Source of the DNA: Demequinaceae bacterium
GTDB taxonomy: Bacteria; Actinomycetota; Actinomycetes; Actinomycetales; Demequinaceae
Assembly: GCA_965250005.1 (NCBI GenBank)
Contig: OZ252279.1
Coordinates: 1,320,001-1,352,000, forward strand
DNA length: 32,000 bases
Direction: 5' to 3'
Shown: positions 8,652 through 18,174 of the stretch, one piece after another
Numbering within the stretch: position 1 is the first letter of the stretch
Layout: each line of letters begins with the position of its first letter
Notes under the pieces: generated by a model
What the model saw: only the letters and a program-made list of their open reading frames with translations
The model's database searches: none
Told to the model about the DNA's origin: nothing
Program-made: the position numbers and the translations under genes

Positions 8652-9943
8652 CCCTGGCCAATCACTATTCGGGTTGTACCTTCCCACGCTGCAGGGTCAG
8701 TCACGTTTCGGCCATCGAGTAGCGCAACGACGCCAGGGAAGCTAGCAGGTGTGAGCGCGCGGTACTCGGTGTGATCTGCCTGAATTACGACGACTTCCGC
8801 CGCGTCGCCTATGTGGTGCGGTGTCCAGCCGAAGCCTTCGATCTCGGCATCCGAGTACATCGGGTCGTGCACAGTGACGTTTGCTCCTCGCTCGACCAGC
8901 GCAGCGACTGTGGCAAATACGCCTGAGAATGCCGTCTCCTTCACGCCTCCGCGATACGACGCGCCGAGCACTGCCACGTTCTTCGACGCGAGCGATCCTC
9001 CCGTCGCGGCCGTCACGAGGTCCACGGCGTAGTTTGGCATTTGCGAGTTCGCCTCACGAGCCGCCCGAACGACGGTCGCGTCGGGGTCGTTGAACAGGTA
9101 CAGGCGCGGATAAACCGGAATGCAATGGCCGCCAACAGCAATGCCGGGGCGGTGAATGTGGCTATACGGCTGCGAATTCGAGGCCTCGATAACTTTGTAG
9201 ATGTCGATGCCGGCCGTGTCTGCAAACCGAGCGAATTGGTTAGCGAGGCCGATGTTCACGTCACGATAGGTCGTCTCAGCGAGCTTCGCCATTTCGGCGG
9301 CCTCGGCCGAGCCCAGGTCCCACACGCCGTTCGCGCGATCAAGGTCAGGCCGGTCGTCGAAGTCTAGGACGGCCTCGTAGAACTCTGTCGCCTTGGCCGC
9401 GCCGTCATCCGAGAGCCCCCCGACGAGCTTGGGGTAGCGGCGAAGGTCAGAAAACACACGGCCCGTGAGGACGCGCTCGGGGGAGAACACCGCGTGGAAG
9501 TCCACGCCTTCCTTGAGGCTAGAAACCTCTTCAATGAGCGGGACCCAGCGCTTGCGGGTAGTGCCAACCGGCAAAGTCGTCTCGTAGGACACAAGCGTTC
9601 CCGGCGACAGGTGCTCGGCGAGTGAGCGCGTTGCGGCATCCATCCAACCGAAGTCGGGCTGCCACGTCTCGTCGTTGACGAATAGCGGGACAACGATGAC
9701 CACGGCGTCAGCTTCAGGAACCGCCTCAGAGTAATCCGTGGTCGCGCGAAGCCGGCCAGCCGGCACAAGCTCGCTCAAGCGGTCCTGAAGTTCAGCCTCG
9801 CCCGGGAACGGCTCTTCGCCCGCATTGATTTTGGCAACGAGCGCCTCGTTTACGTCGACACCAACTACGTCGTGTCCCTTACTGGCGAACTGCACCGCAA
9901 GCGGGAGCCCAATCTTGCCAAGTGCGACAACCGCGATCTTCAT
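8648..9943 (-). CDS. Nucleotide-sugar (UDP-HexNAc) 6-dehydrogenase, WbpA/WecC family
   Basis: MKIAVVALGKIGLPLAVQFASKGHDVVGVDVN, YETTLPVGTT, SPERVLTG, AEMAKLAETTYRDVNI, GGHCIPVYP. Confidence 0.92.
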   Translation of the reverse strand: MKIAVVALGKIGLPLAVQFASKGHDVVGVDVNEALVAKINAGEEPFPGEAELQDRLSELVPAGRLRATTDYSEAVPEADAVVIVVPLFVNDETWQPDFGWMDAATRSLAEHLSPGTLVSYETTLPVGTTRKRWVPLIEEVSSLKEGVDFHAVFSPERVLTGRVFSDLRRYPKLVGGLSDDGAAKATEFYEAVLDFDDRPDLDRANGVWDLGSAEAAEMAKLAETTYRDVNIGLANQFARFADTAGIDIYKVIEASNSQPYSHIHRPGIAVGGHCIPVYPRLYLFNDPDATVVRAAREANSQMPNYAVDLVTAATGGSLASKNVAVLGASYRGGVKETAFSGVFATVAALVERGANVTVHDPMYSDAEIEGFGWTPHHIGDAAEVVVIQADHTEYRALTPASFPGVVALLDGRNVTDPAAWEGTTRIVIGQG

Positions 9944-10047
9944 TGGGGCCTCATCATTCTTTTGATTTCTCGGGCTCAAGCAACCAACCCACCCTACCGA
10001 TCGTTATGAGAAGGATCACAAATCCAAGGTCCTAGACCGCCGGATGG

Positions 10048-13000
10048 ATGCCAATTGGGGAAAATAGGCGCAAAATGGTGAACATGGTATCCACACCTTT
10101 GCGTCGCGCCCTGACGGCCACCGTTGTCGGTGCGCTTGCAGTGGGGACCTTGGGTGTGATTGCGGTCGTCTCGAATCCCGACCCTTCCGGCGATGGCTAC
10201 GAGCCAGGCGAAGCCGCGCCGCTCGAGGGCTACCAGGAACTCCCCCTCACGGGCGAAAACGACGTCTACGCACCCACTCCCCGCGTGACGCACGGCGACG
10301 CAGCGTGGGAAGCTGAGAGCGAGACTTCTTCAGCCGGGACCGACGCGCCCTCCGGGGCGCCCGAACTTTCGCTCCCCGACTCGTTCGTGTCCGCCGTCAT
10401 GCCGCTCGCGCCTGACACCGCCTATGTCCTGGGCGTGACGTGGACCGGCGGAGCGCCGGCGAAGATTGCCGCCCGCATCATGGTTGGCGACGTGTGGGGC
10501 GACTGGGGGCACATCGGCGAAGAAGCCGGTGAGGGTGGCGCGGATGGAGGCCTTGGATCCGGCACCGAACCGTTCATTCTCGGCTCTGGCGTCGCCACCC
10601 AGGTACGCGTCACGACCACGGGCCACCCGGAGGATTTCACTATCCACCTCATCTCAGCGGACTCGGACCCCGTGGTCGCGTCGTTCGGAAATCCGCACGC
10701 GGGCCTCGGCAATTCGGCCCCTGGGGTGCTGCCCGAGCTCACCCGCGTGCCCAGCGTCGTGGTTCCCAATCCGCAGCCTGACGTCAATCTCCGCAGCGAA
10801 TGGGGCGCCTTTGATCCGGTGGGCACGTTCAACCCCGGCCGCGTGCAGGGTGCCGGCGTGCACCACACCGCGGGAACCAACAACTATTCGGCGGCGGACG
10901 TCCCCGGTATCTTGCGCGCAATTCAGACGTACCACGTGAGCGGTCGCGGTTGGTACGACATCGGCTACAACTTCCTCATAGACCGATTTGGCCAAGTGTG
11001 GGAGGGCCGCGCGGGCGGCATTGAAGAGACGTGGGCTGGCGTCCACTCGCACTCGTTCAACTCCGAAGTCACCGGAATCTCCGTGATGGGAAATTATGAG
11101 ACCGCCACCGTCCCCGCCGCGGTAGAGAACTCACTCGTCGCCCTCATCACATGGAAATTCAATGTCCATGGCGTCAACGTGAATGGTGAACTGATCCACA
11201 AGGGTGCGCGATTCCCCACGATCTTTGGGCACCGTGACGTCCCCGAATCGTCGACAGCGTGCCCAGGCAGGTACCTCTACGCACTGCTTCCGACCATTCG
11301 CGCGCGCGTCGCAGCGAACCAAGCGTTTCCTGCCTATGGATTCTCACAGGACGTCACAGGCGACGCCAAACACGATCTGCTGATACTCGAAGGAGACACC
11401 GCCACGGTCTTCGAGCAGGACCCTGACGCTGGGTCAACAGAGCCCGCCCCAATCACAGGCCACATCCCGTTCTACGGCTCTAGCAACGTCGGCTTCACGA
11501 TGGGCGACCGTTGGACATGGCTCATCGCAAGCCCGAGCCTCAGTGGCGCGAGGGGCACCGACATCATGGCGAAAGACCGCGTGGGGGTGCTCTGGCGCCT
11601 TGCCGAGAACGGCAGCGGAACGATCCAAAGTACATCCAAGTTCGGCGTCGGCTGGGGGCGCATGCGCGCGATCCTCGCCACGGGCGACTTCAACGGCGAC
11701 CGCCGCAACGACATCGTCGCCATCCACACCGCGTCGGCGACGCTCTGGTTTTACGCCGGGAACGGCCGCGGTGGCCTCCGGAGTGGCCGACAAATAGGCA
11801 ATGGCTGGAGCAGCATGGCGAACGCCTCGATGGTAGGCGACCTGAGCGGCGACGGCATCTCCGATTTGCTTGCTGTCACGCGCGCGTCGGGTGACCTGTA
11901 CTTCTACGCCGGAACTGGTCGAGGAACTTTTGGCAAGGCGCAACGCCTTGAGGCGGGATTCGCAGGCTTCCGAGACATTGCGGCGTCCCAAGACATCACC
12001 GGAGACGGCGTCTCCGACGTGATCCTGCACAACCCTGCCACGGGACAGACGCGAACGATGATCGGGTCGCGCTCTGGCATCCACGCGGGCTTCCTGGACT
12101 GGGCTGGCGGCTGGGGCAATTGGGATCGACCGATCGGGGCCACCAACTGGGGTGGCGTTCCCGGCAACACCTTCCTCGTGGTCGACACTTATACCGGCGA
12201 GCTCGTCAAGCCAACTCTCAATCGCGATGCTCCCATTCCTGGCGAGGTGGTGTATCCCGGCTACACCGCCACATCCCGCACGCTGACAATCCCCAACCTC
12301 GCGAACGCCTTCATCGTGGGCGACGCCGGCGGATCCGCGGCTTCTGATGTCGTCGCAATCGACATTGAGGGCGACGCCTACCTCCTGCTCGCCACAGAAT
12401 CAGGCTTCGAAGCGCCGGTCAAGATTGGCGTGGGAATGGGCGCGTACGAGCACGTCGCGCCCGCGGGGGACTCGTCGCTCGACGGGATACCCGACCTTGT
12501 CGCAGTGGACTCGTCGGGTGGCGTGTGGGTTTTGCCCATGCGTGACGAGGGCGGCCTCACACTCGGCAACGCAATGCTCGTCGACAACGGGCGGGTTGGC
12601 CAGCGCGTGTACGGCGTCGGGTCCTGGCTCGCTGGCTCGCGCAACGACTTTGTCGCAATTGACGACGCCACGGGGGACGTCCAGATCCTTACGGGTCACG
12701 GGCTCGCAGCCGTGACGGGCGCGACGACGATCGACACGGGGTGGACCGGCCTCGAACTTACCGCCGCTGGCGAACCGGCGTACGCAGCCGCCCCCAGCGT
12801 CGTGACGTTCGACCGGGTTTCGGCCACGTTCAAGATTCACGTAGCCGACGCCACGGGTGCCATCGCGGCGTCCAATCCCCTTTCAGTTGCGATCACCCCT
12901 GGTCAGCACCTCGGTCCGAATGCCGTAGATGTGCTTCCGCCCGCGCTCGATTTTGTCGACGCCGCCGTAACGTCGGTCACCATTGACGGGCGGGGGTACG

Positions 13001-14874
13001 GTCACGGCAAGGGCCTCGCGCAATACGGTGCGCGGGCCCGTGCTGATGGCGGACACACGTCTGAGGAGATTCTTGCTTTCTACTACCCCGGAACCACTAC
13101 CGGCACCGCGCCGAACGACGCCATTCGGGTTTGGATTCGGGACGCGGATACGGACGCGCTGCGCTTCGTCGCCGAACCGGGCCTGTCGGTCCACGCGGGC
13201 GGGACGCCCGTGGAGTTGCCTACGGATCTGGGCGGAGCGATCCTCGAGTGGCGCGTGGTTCCCACAGGAGCGGGGCTGAGCCTGTTCTATATGACCGGGT
13301 CGACCTGGCTCCCTGCGTCGATCACCGGCCTCGACCTGACGGCGGCGACGGCTCTCAGCATCACGCCCGCGGACGGTGCCGCCAGGGCCGGATATGGGGC
13401 AACCGCCGGGAGCCGGGAATTCCCGGGCGTGCTCACCATGCTCACCGACCCAAGTTCAGCGACGACTATGCGGCTCGTGGTCACGCTCCCGCTTGAAGAG
13501 TACGTGCGCAGCGTGGTCCCGCGCGAAATGCCGGCGAGCTGGGCCTCCGAGGCGCTCAAGGCGCAATCGGTCGCCGCGAGGAGCTACGCGGTCTTCGACA
13601 TTTCCGACGGCGGCTCCACCTGGTACGACACCTGCAGCACCACAGCATGTCAGGTGTACGGAGGGCTCGCGGACTACCGGAGCGACGGTTCGCTGGCCTC
13701 AACCAACGTTGACTCTCGAACGGACGCCGCGACCGCAGCCACGGCGGGCACAATCCTCCTGTACGACGGCACGGTCGCGTTCACCCAGTTCAGCGCATCA
13801 AACGGCACTCAAACTGCGACAGGCTCTCAGCCCTACCAGGTTTCGGTCGCCGACCCGTTCGACGATTACGCGCCATGGAGCGTTCAACTCGACATCAACG
13901 CCATCGAGGCCGCGTACCCTTCCGTCGGCACCATCACCAGGATTCGCGTGACGCGCGACGGGAACGGCCCCTATGGCGGACGCGTAGTCTCGCTCGCCAT
14001 CACCGGCGAGTCCAGCTCAATTGACGTAACTGGCAACGAGTTCCGCTTCGCGCTGCAGCTCAAGTCCACGCTCTTTGACCTTGAGCTGAGCGTCGGCGAG
14101 ACCACCGGATACCGATCGCGCGACTTCAACTACGATGGATTTTCCGACATCTCGCTCATCGCAGCGGACGGCTCCATTCTCGTCTATCCGGGTACCACGT
14201 CGCTGAACTTCCTTGCGAGCGTCGGCTCTGCGAGCGGGCTCCGCTCCTATAGCGCAGTCGCCGCCGTCGTCGGCTTCGATGGTGGGACCCAGCGCGGGCT
14301 GATCGGCGTAGCGGGTGGCGCAATCGAGTACCGAGCATTCACCGCCAGCGCCACGCTCGGTGCACCGATCGCTGTTGCAGGCGACTGGACGGGCTTGGAT
14401 CTGATGGGGGCGCTCGACGGCTGGAACGGCACAGGAACCACCGGTCTGATGGTTCGCGACCCAAGCACAGACAGCCTCTACATCTACCCAGCGAGCGGCA
14501 CCGGCGGGCTCGCCGCGCGTATCCAGATCACGGACCAGTGGGGCTTCGCCGAGGAAATCATGCCCGCAGGCGACATCGATCACGACGGCCTAGCAGACAT
14601 TCTGACCTTCGACGCCGACACGGGCGTGATTCGCCTTCACCGGGGCGAAACCGGAGCCACATGGAACGCCACAGGCACCGTCGTCGTGACCGGACTCACG
14701 GACGCGGACGCGTTCATCACGAGCGGCGACTGGAACGTCGACGGCGAGTTCGACATCGTCTATCGTGCGCCATCATCGGGCCGCACCTACTATTTGCTGT
14801 CCGACGGCGCTGGCGGATTCGAGGCCGCCGTCCTGCTCGGCAAAGGCTACAGCTCGTACATCCTGGTCAACTAG
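10048..14874 (+). CDS. Secreted 1608-aa multidomain protein: PGRP/Amidase_2-like N-acetylmuramoyl-L-alanine amidase, FG-GAP/VCBS-like repeats, SpoIID-like domain, C-terminal FG-GAP/VCBS-like repeats
   Basis: N-terminal hydrophobic segment LTATVVGALAVGTLGVIAVVS. Domain motifs are listed in the separate entries. The start could instead be an internal ATG at 10078 or 10087. Confidence 0.93.
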   Translation: MPIGENRRKMVNMVSTPLRRALTATVVGALAVGTLGVIAVVSNPDPSGDGYEPGEAAPLEGYQELPLTGENDVYAPTPRVTHGDAAWEAESETSSAGTDAPSGAPELSLPDSFVSAVMPLAPDTAYVLGVTWTGGAPAKIAARIMVGDVWGDWGHIGEEAGEGGADGGLGSGTEPFILGSGVATQVRVTTTGHPEDFTIHLISADSDPVVASFGNPHAGLGNSAPGVLPELTRVPSVVVPNPQPDVNLRSEWGAFDPVGTFNPGRVQGAGVHHTAGTNNYSAADVPGILRAIQTYHVSGRGWYDIGYNFLIDRFGQVWEGRAGGIEETWAGVHSHSFNSEVTGISVMGNYETATVPAAVENSLVALITWKFNVHGVNVNGELIHKGARFPTIFGHRDVPESSTACPGRYLYALLPTIRARVAANQAFPAYGFSQDVTGDAKHDLLILEGDTATVFEQDPDAGSTEPAPITGHIPFYGSSNVGFTMGDRWTWLIASPSLSGARGTDIMAKDRVGVLWRLAENGSGTIQSTSKFGVGWGRMRAILATGDFNGDRRNDIVAIHTASATLWFYAGNGRGGLRSGRQIGNGWSSMANASMVGDLSGDGISDLLAVTRASGDLYFYAGTGRGTFGKAQRLEAGFAGFRDIAASQDITGDGVSDVILHNPATGQTRTMIGSRSGIHAGFLDWAGGWGNWDRPIGATNWGGVPGNTFLVVDTYTGELVKPTLNRDAPIPGEVVYPGYTATSRTLTIPNLANAFIVGDAGGSAASDVVAIDIEGDAYLLLATESGFEAPVKIGVGMGAYEHVAPAGDSSLDGIPDLVAVDSSGGVWVLPMRDEGGLTLGNAMLVDNGRVGQRVYGVGSWLAGSRNDFVAIDDATGDVQILTGHGLAAVTGATTIDTGWTGLELTAAGEPAYAAAPSVVTFDRVSATFKIHVADATGAIAASNPLSVAITPGQHLGPNAVDVLPPALDFVDAAVTSVTIDGRGYGHGKGLAQYGARARADGGHTSEEILAFYYPGTTTGTAPNDAIRVWIRDADTDALRFVAEPGLSVHAGGTPVELPTDLGGAILEWRVVPTGAGLSLFYMTGSTWLPASITGLDLTAATALSITPADGAARAGYGATAGSREFPGVLTMLTDPSSATTMRLVVTLPLEEYVRSVVPREMPASWASEALKAQSVAARSYAVFDISDGGSTWYDTCSTTACQVYGGLADYRSDGSLASTNVDSRTDAATAATAGTILLYDGTVAFTQFSASNGTQTATGSQPYQVSVADPFDDYAPWSVQLDINAIEAAYPSVGTITRIRVTRDGNGPYGGRVVSLAITGESSSIDVTGNEFRFALQLKSTLFDLELSVGETTGYRSRDFNYDGFSDISLIAADGSILVYPGTTSLNFLASVGSASGLRSYSAVAAVVGFDGGTQRGLIGVAGGAIEYRAFTASATLGAPIAVAGDWTGLDLMGALDGWNGTGTTGLMVRDPSTDSLYIYPASGTGGLAARIQITDQWGFAEEIMPAGDIDHDGLADILTFDADTGVIRLHRGETGATWNATGTVVVTGLTDADAFITSGDWNVDGEFDIVYRAPSSGRTYYLLSDGAGGFEAAVLLGKGYSSYILVN
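10790..11290 (+). other. Domain: PGRP/Amidase_2-type zinc amidase
   Basis: RSEWGAF, GVHHTAGTNNY, ILRAIQTYHVSGRGWYDIGYNFLIDRFGQVWEGR, FGHRDVPESSTACPGRYL, with candidate Zn ligands His, His and Cys. Confidence 0.92.
12958..13910 (+). other. Domain: SpoIID/LytB-type
   Basis: GRGYGHGKGLAQYGARA, LPLEEYVRSVVPREMPASWASEALKAQSVAARSYAVFD, ACQVYGG, FTQFSASNG. The Glu of REMP, at codon 13525-13527, matches the conserved SpoIID glutamate. Confidence 0.9.
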
Positions 14875-15860
14875 AGCGTGACCGTCCGACCAGTCTGAGC
14901 GGATTCGAGAGCCGCTGCCGCGACTCGAACCGTCGCCAGCCCCTGCTCCATTGTGACGATGTCAGCATCCTTGCCCAAGACCGCGTCACGGAAAGCCTCG
15001 TGCTCAGTCTTGAGCGGCTCCGTCTTGGGGAACGCGTAGCGCACCACGTCGCCTTCGGAGACGCCGCGGAAGCCAGAGACCGCGTCCCAGGTGGTGGCGA
15101 CGGTGCCGTTGGCGTGGAAGGTGAGGTCAGCGGTAAGTGTGTCTGCGACAAAGGCGCCGCGTTCGCCCGTGACGACGCTCAGCCGTTCCTTCATGGGCGA
15201 CAGCCAGTTCACAAGGTGATTTGCGACCGCCCCGTTGGACAGTTTTCCGGTCGCGGCGATGAGGTCCTCATACTCGCGGCCCGACTTGAGGGCTGTCTGC
15301 GCCGAGATAGTCGTATAGGTCGACTGTGTCACCCACGCCGTGAGATCGATGTCGTGCGTCGCAAGATCCTTGACCACGCCCACGTCCGCGATTCTCGCGG
15401 GGAATGGGCCTTGCCTTCGGGTCGCAACCTGATACATCTCGCCTAGGTCGCCGGCTGAAAGACGTGCGCGAAGTTGCTGAAGGGCAGGGTTGAAGCGTTC
15501 GATGTGACCGACAGCGCCCACGAGGCCCGCGTCAACGAAGGCTTTGGTGACGCGCTCCGCGCCGGCGGGTTCGGGAGCCAGCGGCTTCTCGACCATGGCG
15601 TGCACGCCCGAAGCAGCGAGGGCGAGTGCGATGTCCTCGTGATAGATCGTGGGCGCGGCAACCATGACATAGTCAACACCGAGTGCGATGAGGTCTTCGA
15701 CGCCCGCTAGAACGTCGAGCCCGCTTGCGACGCCGTGCGGGTCGCCTCCTGGGTCGGCGACGCCCACGAGGTCCACTCCTTCGAGCGAACGGAGAACGCG
15801 GGCGTGGTGGCGCCCCATCATGCCGAGCCCGATGAGGCCTGCGCGGAGATTGGACATCAA
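14871..15860 (-). CDS. Gfo/Idh/MocA-family oxidoreductase, probable UDP-GlcNAcA 3-dehydrogenase (WbpB/WlbA-like)
   Basis: LRAGLIGLGMMGRHHARVL, EKPLAPEPAGAERV, GHIERFNPA, VKDLATHDIDL. Confidence 0.85.
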   Translation of the reverse strand: MMSNLRAGLIGLGMMGRHHARVLRSLEGVDLVGVADPGGDPHGVASGLDVLAGVEDLIALGVDYVMVAAPTIYHEDIALALAASGVHAMVEKPLAPEPAGAERVTKAFVDAGLVGAVGHIERFNPALQQLRARLSAGDLGEMYQVATRRQGPFPARIADVGVVKDLATHDIDLTAWVTQSTYTTISAQTALKSGREYEDLIAATGKLSNGAVANHLVNWLSPMKERLSVVTGERGAFVADTLTADLTFHANGTVATTWDAVSGFRGVSEGDVVRYAFPKTEPLKTEHEAFRDAVLGKDADIVTMEQGLATVRVAAAALESAQTGRTVTL

Positions 15861-16948
15861 GCACCTGCCTTAGCAACGGCGTTGACGCCAGCGACAATGC
15901 GCTCGAGTTCCACCTGAGATAGCGATGGGTGAACGGGGAGCGATAGGACCTCGTCGCACGCGACCTGCGTGTGAGGTAGGTCCTTAGTCTCCGCGAACGA
16001 GGGCAACTCGTGGTTAGGGATTGGGTAGTAAACACCGCTCCCCACAGCGTGCTCCGCGCCGAGAGCCTTGGCAAAGCCGTCGCGGTCGGAACTCACCCGG
16101 ATCGTGTACTGATGGTAGACGTGCGTCGCCTCAGGTGCGACGGGCGGCACCGTGACACCCTCGAGGTTCTCGCTCAGGAAGGCGCCGTTTGCCTGGCGCT
16201 GCGTGGTCCATGCGGGGAGCTTGCCAAGCTGCACGCGGCCGATCGCGGCGTGGATGTCCGTCATACGGGCGTTGAAGCCGACTATTTCGTTCTCGTAACG
16301 CGTCTCCATGCCTTGGTTTCGCAGGAGTCGGACGTACCGCGCGATCTCTTCGGTTGCGCACGACACCATCCCTCCTTCTCCCGACGTCATGTTCTTGGTC
16401 GGGTAGAGGCTGAACATCGCAAACTCGCCGAAAGCTCCGACCGGCGTGCCATTCCATGAGGCACCGTGGGCCTGCGCCGCATCTTCGTAGATTGCGATTC
16501 CATGCTTCGTTGCGAGTTCACCGAGCGCCGTCATATCTGCTGGATGCCCGTACAGATGCACGGGCATGATCCCCTTAGTTTTCGGAGTGATTGCGGCTTC
16601 GACGGCCGCAACGTCGAGGCAGAAATAATCCGGCTCAATGTCAACAAACACCGGGGTCGCGCCCACGAGAGCAACTGAATTCGCCGTGGCGGCGAACGTG
16701 AACGATGGCACGATGACTTCGTCCCCCGCGCTCACGCCCGCGGCCAGAAGACCTAGGTGGAGCCCTGCGGTTCCCGATGAAACCGCAACGGACGTCCGTC
16801 CACCGATCAACTGGTCTCCGAATTCCTCTTCGAAAGCTGCGACCTCAGGTCCCTGCGCCACCATCCCCGATCGCATCACACGGTCGACAGCGGCGCACTC
16901 CTCTGCGCCAATGATTGGCTTAGCTGCTGGAATCATGTCCGCGGCCAT
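15857..16948 (-). CDS. DegT/DnrJ/EryC1/StrS aminotransferase (WbpE/WlbC-like)
   Basis: IIGAEECAAVDRVMRSGMVAQGPEVAAFEEEFG, DAAQAHGASWNG, FSLYPTKNMTSGEGGMV, RNQGME. ATGA overlap with the downstream oxidoreductase. Confidence 0.93.
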   Translation of the reverse strand: MAADMIPAAKPIIGAEECAAVDRVMRSGMVAQGPEVAAFEEEFGDQLIGGRTSVAVSSGTAGLHLGLLAAGVSAGDEVIVPSFTFAATANSVALVGATPVFVDIEPDYFCLDVAAVEAAITPKTKGIMPVHLYGHPADMTALGELATKHGIAIYEDAAQAHGASWNGTPVGAFGEFAMFSLYPTKNMTSGEGGMVSCATEEIARYVRLLRNQGMETRYENEIVGFNARMTDIHAAIGRVQLGKLPAWTTQRQANGAFLSENLEGVTVPPVAPEATHVYHQYTIRVSSDRDGFAKALGAEHAVGSGVYYPIPNHELPSFAETKDLPHTQVACDEVLSLPVHPSLSQVELERIVAGVNAVAKAGA

Positions 16949-17079
16949 GGGCTCTCTCTCTGTTCGCTGGACGGTTTGACTCCTACGTCCCCGGACGACG
17001 TAGTGGCTACTTCACCGTCGATAATTTCGAGCCTAACGGTACGCGTTTTCATACTAGTAGGCCGTTCGGCCCAGGGCCG

Positions 17080-18144
17080 TCACGACGACAGTGGGTGCCC
17101 AACAAGGGTGCGGGCGACATCTCCCGCTGCGTCGCCCGCACCAAAGGGCGTCCCCACTGGTGCCGATGGGGCGGGCCGCTGGAGCGCCTCGAGCAGTCGG
17201 TCGGGATCGGGAAGGAGTACATTCCATCCGTTCTCGAGCGTTTCCACCCACTCAGTTTCTGTGCGGACCGTGGTGCACGGGCGCTCGAGCACGTACGCCT
17301 CCTTCTGAAGTCCTCCCGAGTCTGTAATAACGCCCGTGGACCCGAGCACGGCGGCCACCAGATCTGAATAGCCGAGAGGCTCGCGCACGCTGATGGCCCC
17401 CTGGTCTAGGCGGATCCCGTGAGCATCGGCGCGAGCTTTGAGGCGCGGGTGCGCCAGGAGAACGACCTCGCGGTCCGCTGCGGCAAGCGCGGCGACGATG
17501 GACGCGAGACGCACACCCTCGTCCGTGTTCTCTGCACGGTGGATGGTTGCGACGTAGTACTCGCCGTCCACCCCCAATCCGGCATCTGCCCCGCGGGCTA
17601 AGACGCCGTCCCGGACGGCGAGGCAAACATCCACCATGACGTCGCCAATGAGTCGCGAGCGCCCCGCCAGGCCCTCGCGCTGGAGGTGGCTCATGGCGGT
17701 TTCCGTTGGCGCGAGCAGGAGGTCGGCGGCGTGGTCTGTGAGGACGCGGTTGTGCTCCTCGGGCATGCGCCGGTTGAACGAACGCAAGCCCGCCTCAAGG
17801 TGCGCGAGCGGGCGGTGCAACTTCACCGCCGCGACAGATGCGGCGAGTGTGGAGTTGGTGTCGCCGTAGACGAGCACCCAATCGGGATCGGCCTCTTCGA
17901 TCGTAGTCTCGAGCGACGCGAGCATCGCTCCCGTCTGCGCACCGTGGCTTGCCGAGCCGATCTCGAGATTCACGTCGGGTGTGGGGATCTCGAGCCCCTC
18001 GAAAAATACGTCCGACAAATTCACATCGTAGTGTTGGCCGGTGTGGACAATCGTGTGCTTCACATCCGCATGCGCCATGGCCCGGGCGACCGGCGCTAGT
18101 TTGACGAACTGAGGGCGCGCACCGACAACGCTGAGAACACGCAT
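17080..18144 (-). CDS. wecB: Non-hydrolysing UDP-N-acetylglucosamine 2-epimerase (WecB/WbpI family)
   Basis: VLSVVGARPQFVKLAPVARAM, VHTGQHYD, VYGDTNSTLA, HLEAGLRS, PEEHNRVLTDH, TDSGGLQKEAY, RTETEWVE. Confidence 0.96.
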   Translation of the reverse strand: MRVLSVVGARPQFVKLAPVARAMAHADVKHTIVHTGQHYDVNLSDVFFEGLEIPTPDVNLEIGSASHGAQTGAMLASLETTIEEADPDWVLVYGDTNSTLAASVAAVKLHRPLAHLEAGLRSFNRRMPEEHNRVLTDHAADLLLAPTETAMSHLQREGLAGRSRLIGDVMVDVCLAVRDGVLARGADAGLGVDGEYYVATIHRAENTDEGVRLASIVAALAAADREVVLLAHPRLKARADAHGIRLDQGAISVREPLGYSDLVAAVLGSTGVITDSGGLQKEAYVLERPCTTVRTETEWVETLENGWNVLLPDPDRLLEALQRPAPSAPVGTPFGAGDAAGDVARTLVGHPLSS

Positions 18145-18174
18145 CAGCGCGCGTCCCGAGCGGTCATCAGCGGC

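Noticed and set aside
11434-12084. 216-aa minus-strand ORF within the large hydrolase
   Set aside because: Antisense shadow of the FG-GAP region, no coherent fold motif.
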